Of a stretch of 15,345 nucleotides of DNA, positions 13,773-15,345 are shown piece after piece. The first letter of the stretch is position 1; each line of letters begins with the position of its first letter. Origin of the DNA: Candidatus Nanopusillus sp. (GTDB lineage: Archaea > Nanobdellota > Nanobdellia > Nanobdellales > Nanobdellaceae); the NCBI GenBank assembly GCA_036845085.1, contig DAIUEN010000006.1, forward strand, positions 5,119 through 20,463. The letters are read 5' to 3'. A program made the position numbers and the translations under genes. The notes under the pieces were generated by a model. That model saw only the letters and a program-made list of their open reading frames with translations. It was not told where the DNA came from and did no database searches.

Positions 13773-13774
13773 TT
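13767..13774 (+). promoter_or_regulatory. Candidate TATA box (ttataatt) for the 130-aa ORF
   Basis: It lies at -30..-23 from the ATG at 13797 and overlaps the DUF59 stop codon. A chance match is plausible in this AT-rich DNA. Confidence 0.3.
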
Positions 13775-13796
13775 TATAAATTATATTTTATTTTAT

Positions 13797-14189
13797 ATGA
13801 GCATTACTAATAAATTAAGAAAAGAATATGAAACATTCTGTAAACTGGGTGGAGGAAATTTTAGCGATAAATTGGGATTGGAATGTTCAAAATTCGGGTA
13901 TACTATAAAAATAAATTATTTAGATTTAGGAGAAGACAAAATAAATCTGAATATTCAAATTAATTCAGCAATACAAGATTTTGAAGTTCTATCATTAAAA
14001 AATGTAAAAATATTGGACGTAGAAAGACTATCACAACTATCAGAAAATAACAATGAACTTTCATACTATGTATTAAACATATACTTGGATATAGGAATAT
14101 TATCCTTAAAAAAAGATATTAAAAATAACAAGATAATAATATCACTAAAAACTGGAAATATAGAATATCAGTCATCAGTAATCTTTTAA
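13797..14189 (+). CDS. Hypothetical protein, 130 aa
   Basis: The ORF is ATG-initiated with a TATA-like box at leaderless spacing. I recognise no motif. Confidence 0.45.
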   Translation: MSITNKLRKEYETFCKLGGGNFSDKLGLECSKFGYTIKINYLDLGEDKINLNIQINSAIQDFEVLSLKNVKILDVERLSQLSENNNELSYYVLNIYLDIGILSLKKDIKNNKIIISLKTGNIEYQSSVIF

Positions 14190-14191
14190 AT
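14184..14191 (+). promoter_or_regulatory. Candidate TATA box (ttttaaat) upstream of tRNA-Val
   Basis: Its first base is 32 nt upstream of the tRNA 5' G at 14216. It overlaps the stop codon of the 130-aa ORF. Confidence 0.35.
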
Positions 14192-14215
14192 AATTACACG
14201 ATAATTTTAATTAAA

Positions 14216-14287
14216 GGGACCGTAGTCTAGGGGTATGATGCCGCCCTTACAAGGCGGAGGTCCGGGGTTCGAATCCCCGCGGTCCCA
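14216..14287 (+). tRNA. tRNA-Val (anticodon UAC), 72 nt, no intron, CCA not encoded
   Basis: The cloverleaf has acceptor GGGACCG/CGGTCCC, anticodon stem CCGCC/GGCGG, loop CUUACAA, T arm CGGGG-TTCGAAT-CCCCG and discriminator A. The sequence that follows is tca. Confidence 0.95.
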
Positions 14288-14292
14288 TCAAT

Positions 14293-14300
14293 ATTATAAA
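14293..14300 (+). promoter_or_regulatory. Candidate TATA box (attataaa) for the 132-aa membrane protein gene
   Basis: It lies at -30..-23 from the ATG at 14323 and starts 6 nt after the tRNA-Val end. Confidence 0.35.
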
Positions 14301-14322
14301 AGTTTTCTATTAAATAAAGAAA

Positions 14323-14721
14323 ATGTGCAAAGAATACGAAATAGATATAATATATTTCTTGTCTGTTGTATCATTAGCCGTATTAGCAGGGATAAATTTT
14401 TATTTAGCGTATCAATATTTTATAAATCCGCCTATGTTAGTATTGGGTGGCTCTTCCCACTATCACACAAAATTATATAGCAGCATAGGTTCTTTGCTAT
14501 TGTTAGGATCTTTATTATTGCTATTCTATAAAATAAAAAATAAAGAAATAGAAATTAATAAACTTCTATTTTCACTTGTTGGAATATTTACAGCACTATT
14601 AGTATTTGCAATGTTCGGAATAATGATATTTAACATGTATCCAAATATGTTATTTGGTATTCCTGGAGTTATTTTAACAGCAATTATTTTTTATCTAGTG
14701 TATAAATATTTATTTCAGTAA
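14323..14721 (+). CDS. Hypothetical small membrane protein, ~4 TM segments
   Basis: The 132-aa protein has four long hydrophobic stretches. I prefer it over the overlapping 81-aa ORF at 14235-14480, which runs through the tRNA-Val gene. Confidence 0.55.
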   Translation: MCKEYEIDIIYFLSVVSLAVLAGINFYLAYQYFINPPMLVLGGSSHYHTKLYSSIGSLLLLGSLLLLFYKIKNKEIEINKLLFSLVGIFTALLVFAMFGIMIFNMYPNMLFGIPGVILTAIIFYLVYKYLFQ

Positions 14722-14730
14722 ATTTTTTGT

Positions 14731-15345
14731 TTATTCTTTTATTAAGCTATTATAAACTCCCCCCATAATATCTATTAATCTTTCTATAGGAGACATAACA
14801 GCATAGAATTTACTTAAGGATTCTTTGAATTCTAAAAAAGATTTTTCATAATCCTGTAAAATAGATTCTTCTAGATTAGATATTATGTATTTTTTCATGT
14901 CTTGTAAGTAATAATCTAATTCAACAGGATTATACATATTTTTCTTTGAAAGTTTTTCCATGATTATACGCAAAGCCTCGGGATTTAAACTAATAGTAAG
15001 ATCTTCTATTTTAATAAATTCTATGTATTTTAACCATTTTACAACATCTTTAACTTCTTTACTATCTATATTGCTAGATCTAGATATTATGTATTTATTA
15101 ATTATTTCATAAATCCTTTCTTCTAATTTTTTACTATCTCTACTATATTTTTCCAATTTCTCCAAAAGATTTTTTATTATTAATACCATATCTTTTTTTA
15201 GAACGTTTAAAAATTCATCATTTATTGAAGATAAATAAATTTTTAGCTCTAAAATTTTTTCAGCTTCGTACAAACCATTTAATTCTTTGATATAATACTT
15301 AAAAGAATTTATAATGTATACATAAGGCTTTAACAACTCTAATAA
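14731..15345 (-). CDS. Hypothetical alpha-helical protein, probably 5'-truncated by the window edge
   Basis: The M at 15336 in the ORF track is a TTG codon. The minus-strand frame stays open to position 15345 (codons TTA TTA GAG TTG), so the true start may lie outside the window. I recognise no motif. Confidence 0.5.
   Translation of the reverse strand, partial: LLELLKPYVYIINSFKYYIKELNGLYEAEKILELKIYLSSINDEFLNVLKKDMVLIIKNLLEKLEKYSRDSKKLEERIYEIINKYIISRSSNIDSKEVKDVVKWLKYIEFIKIEDLTISLNPEALRIIMEKLSKKNMYNPVELDYYLQDMKKYIISNLEESILQDYEKSFLEFKESLSKFYAVMSPIERLIDIMGGVYNSLIKE

Noticed and set aside
14235-14480. 81-aa + strand ORF from the six-frame track
   Set aside because: Its first ~50 nt are the tRNA-Val gene itself, so the peptide MMPPLQGGGPGFESPRS is a translation of tRNA sequence. 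The rest overlaps, in another frame, the better-supported 132-aa membrane protein ORF. It also lacks a promoter-like box at the right spacing.
14719-14733. The sequence taaattttttgttta between the convergent genes at 14721 and 14731, as a bidirectional terminator
   Set aside because: The T6 run serves only the + strand gene. The minus-strand reading gives only TTT. The 9-bp spacer is too short to argue for a dedicated structure.
1-15345. Search by eye for CRISPR arrays, transposases or integrases, toxin-antitoxin pairs, restriction-modification genes, split or intron-containing tRNA genes and orphan GC-rich tRNA halves
   Set aside because: There are no regularly spaced repeats beyond the intragenic ones listed. 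I found no recognisable nuclease, integrase or methyltransferase motifs. All three tRNAs fold as continuous cloverleaves. The only GC-rich islands outside the tRNAs fall in coding motifs (for example GGGPAG) or in the sRNA candidate.

Overview
The window is very AT-rich, about a quarter G+C by eye, and extremely gene-dense. Almost all of it is coding, and several gene pairs overlap at their stop and start codons or at convergent 3' ends. The gene content is archaeal: RNA polymerase subunit D (Rpo3), an archaeal-type triosephosphate isomerase, an archaeal-type class Ia aminoacyl-tRNA synthetase that is probably ValRS, RNase Z, a DUF763 protein, and a protein disulfide oxidoreductase + thioredoxin reductase + DUF59 operon. 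There are three intron-less tRNA genes: Gly-GCC, Arg-UCU and Val-UAC. Their stems are GC-rich against the AT-rich background, which is a thermophile-like signature, and none encodes CCA. The compaction, shortened proteins, lack of Shine-Dalgarno motifs and TATA-like boxes about 23-30 nt upstream of start codons suggest a reduced-genome thermophilic archaeon resembling Nanoarchaeota/DPANN. That assignment is inference only. I see no CRISPR array, transposase, integrase or recognisable defence genes. The most interesting signal not explained by the ORF track is a complete C/D box sRNA architecture at 3173-3223 on the + strand. It has its own TATA box and an oligo-T terminator, sits in the 53-bp gap after the glycosyltransferase start, and is antisense to the last codons of the P-type ATPase. 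Other points worth a second look are listed here:
- tRNA promoter spacing consistent with near-leaderless tRNA transcripts.
- A tRNA-Gly/ORF unit with only a 9-nt spacer.
- Shared or interleaved divergent promoters.
- A repeated 15-mer that looks like a combined terminator and promoter.
- A translationally coupled Cys-motif membrane protein + DUF763 pair just upstream of the thiol-redox operon.
- A Gln/Pro-rich intragenic repeat with perfect 55-nt copies.

All functional calls rest on motifs read by eye. No database search was run.
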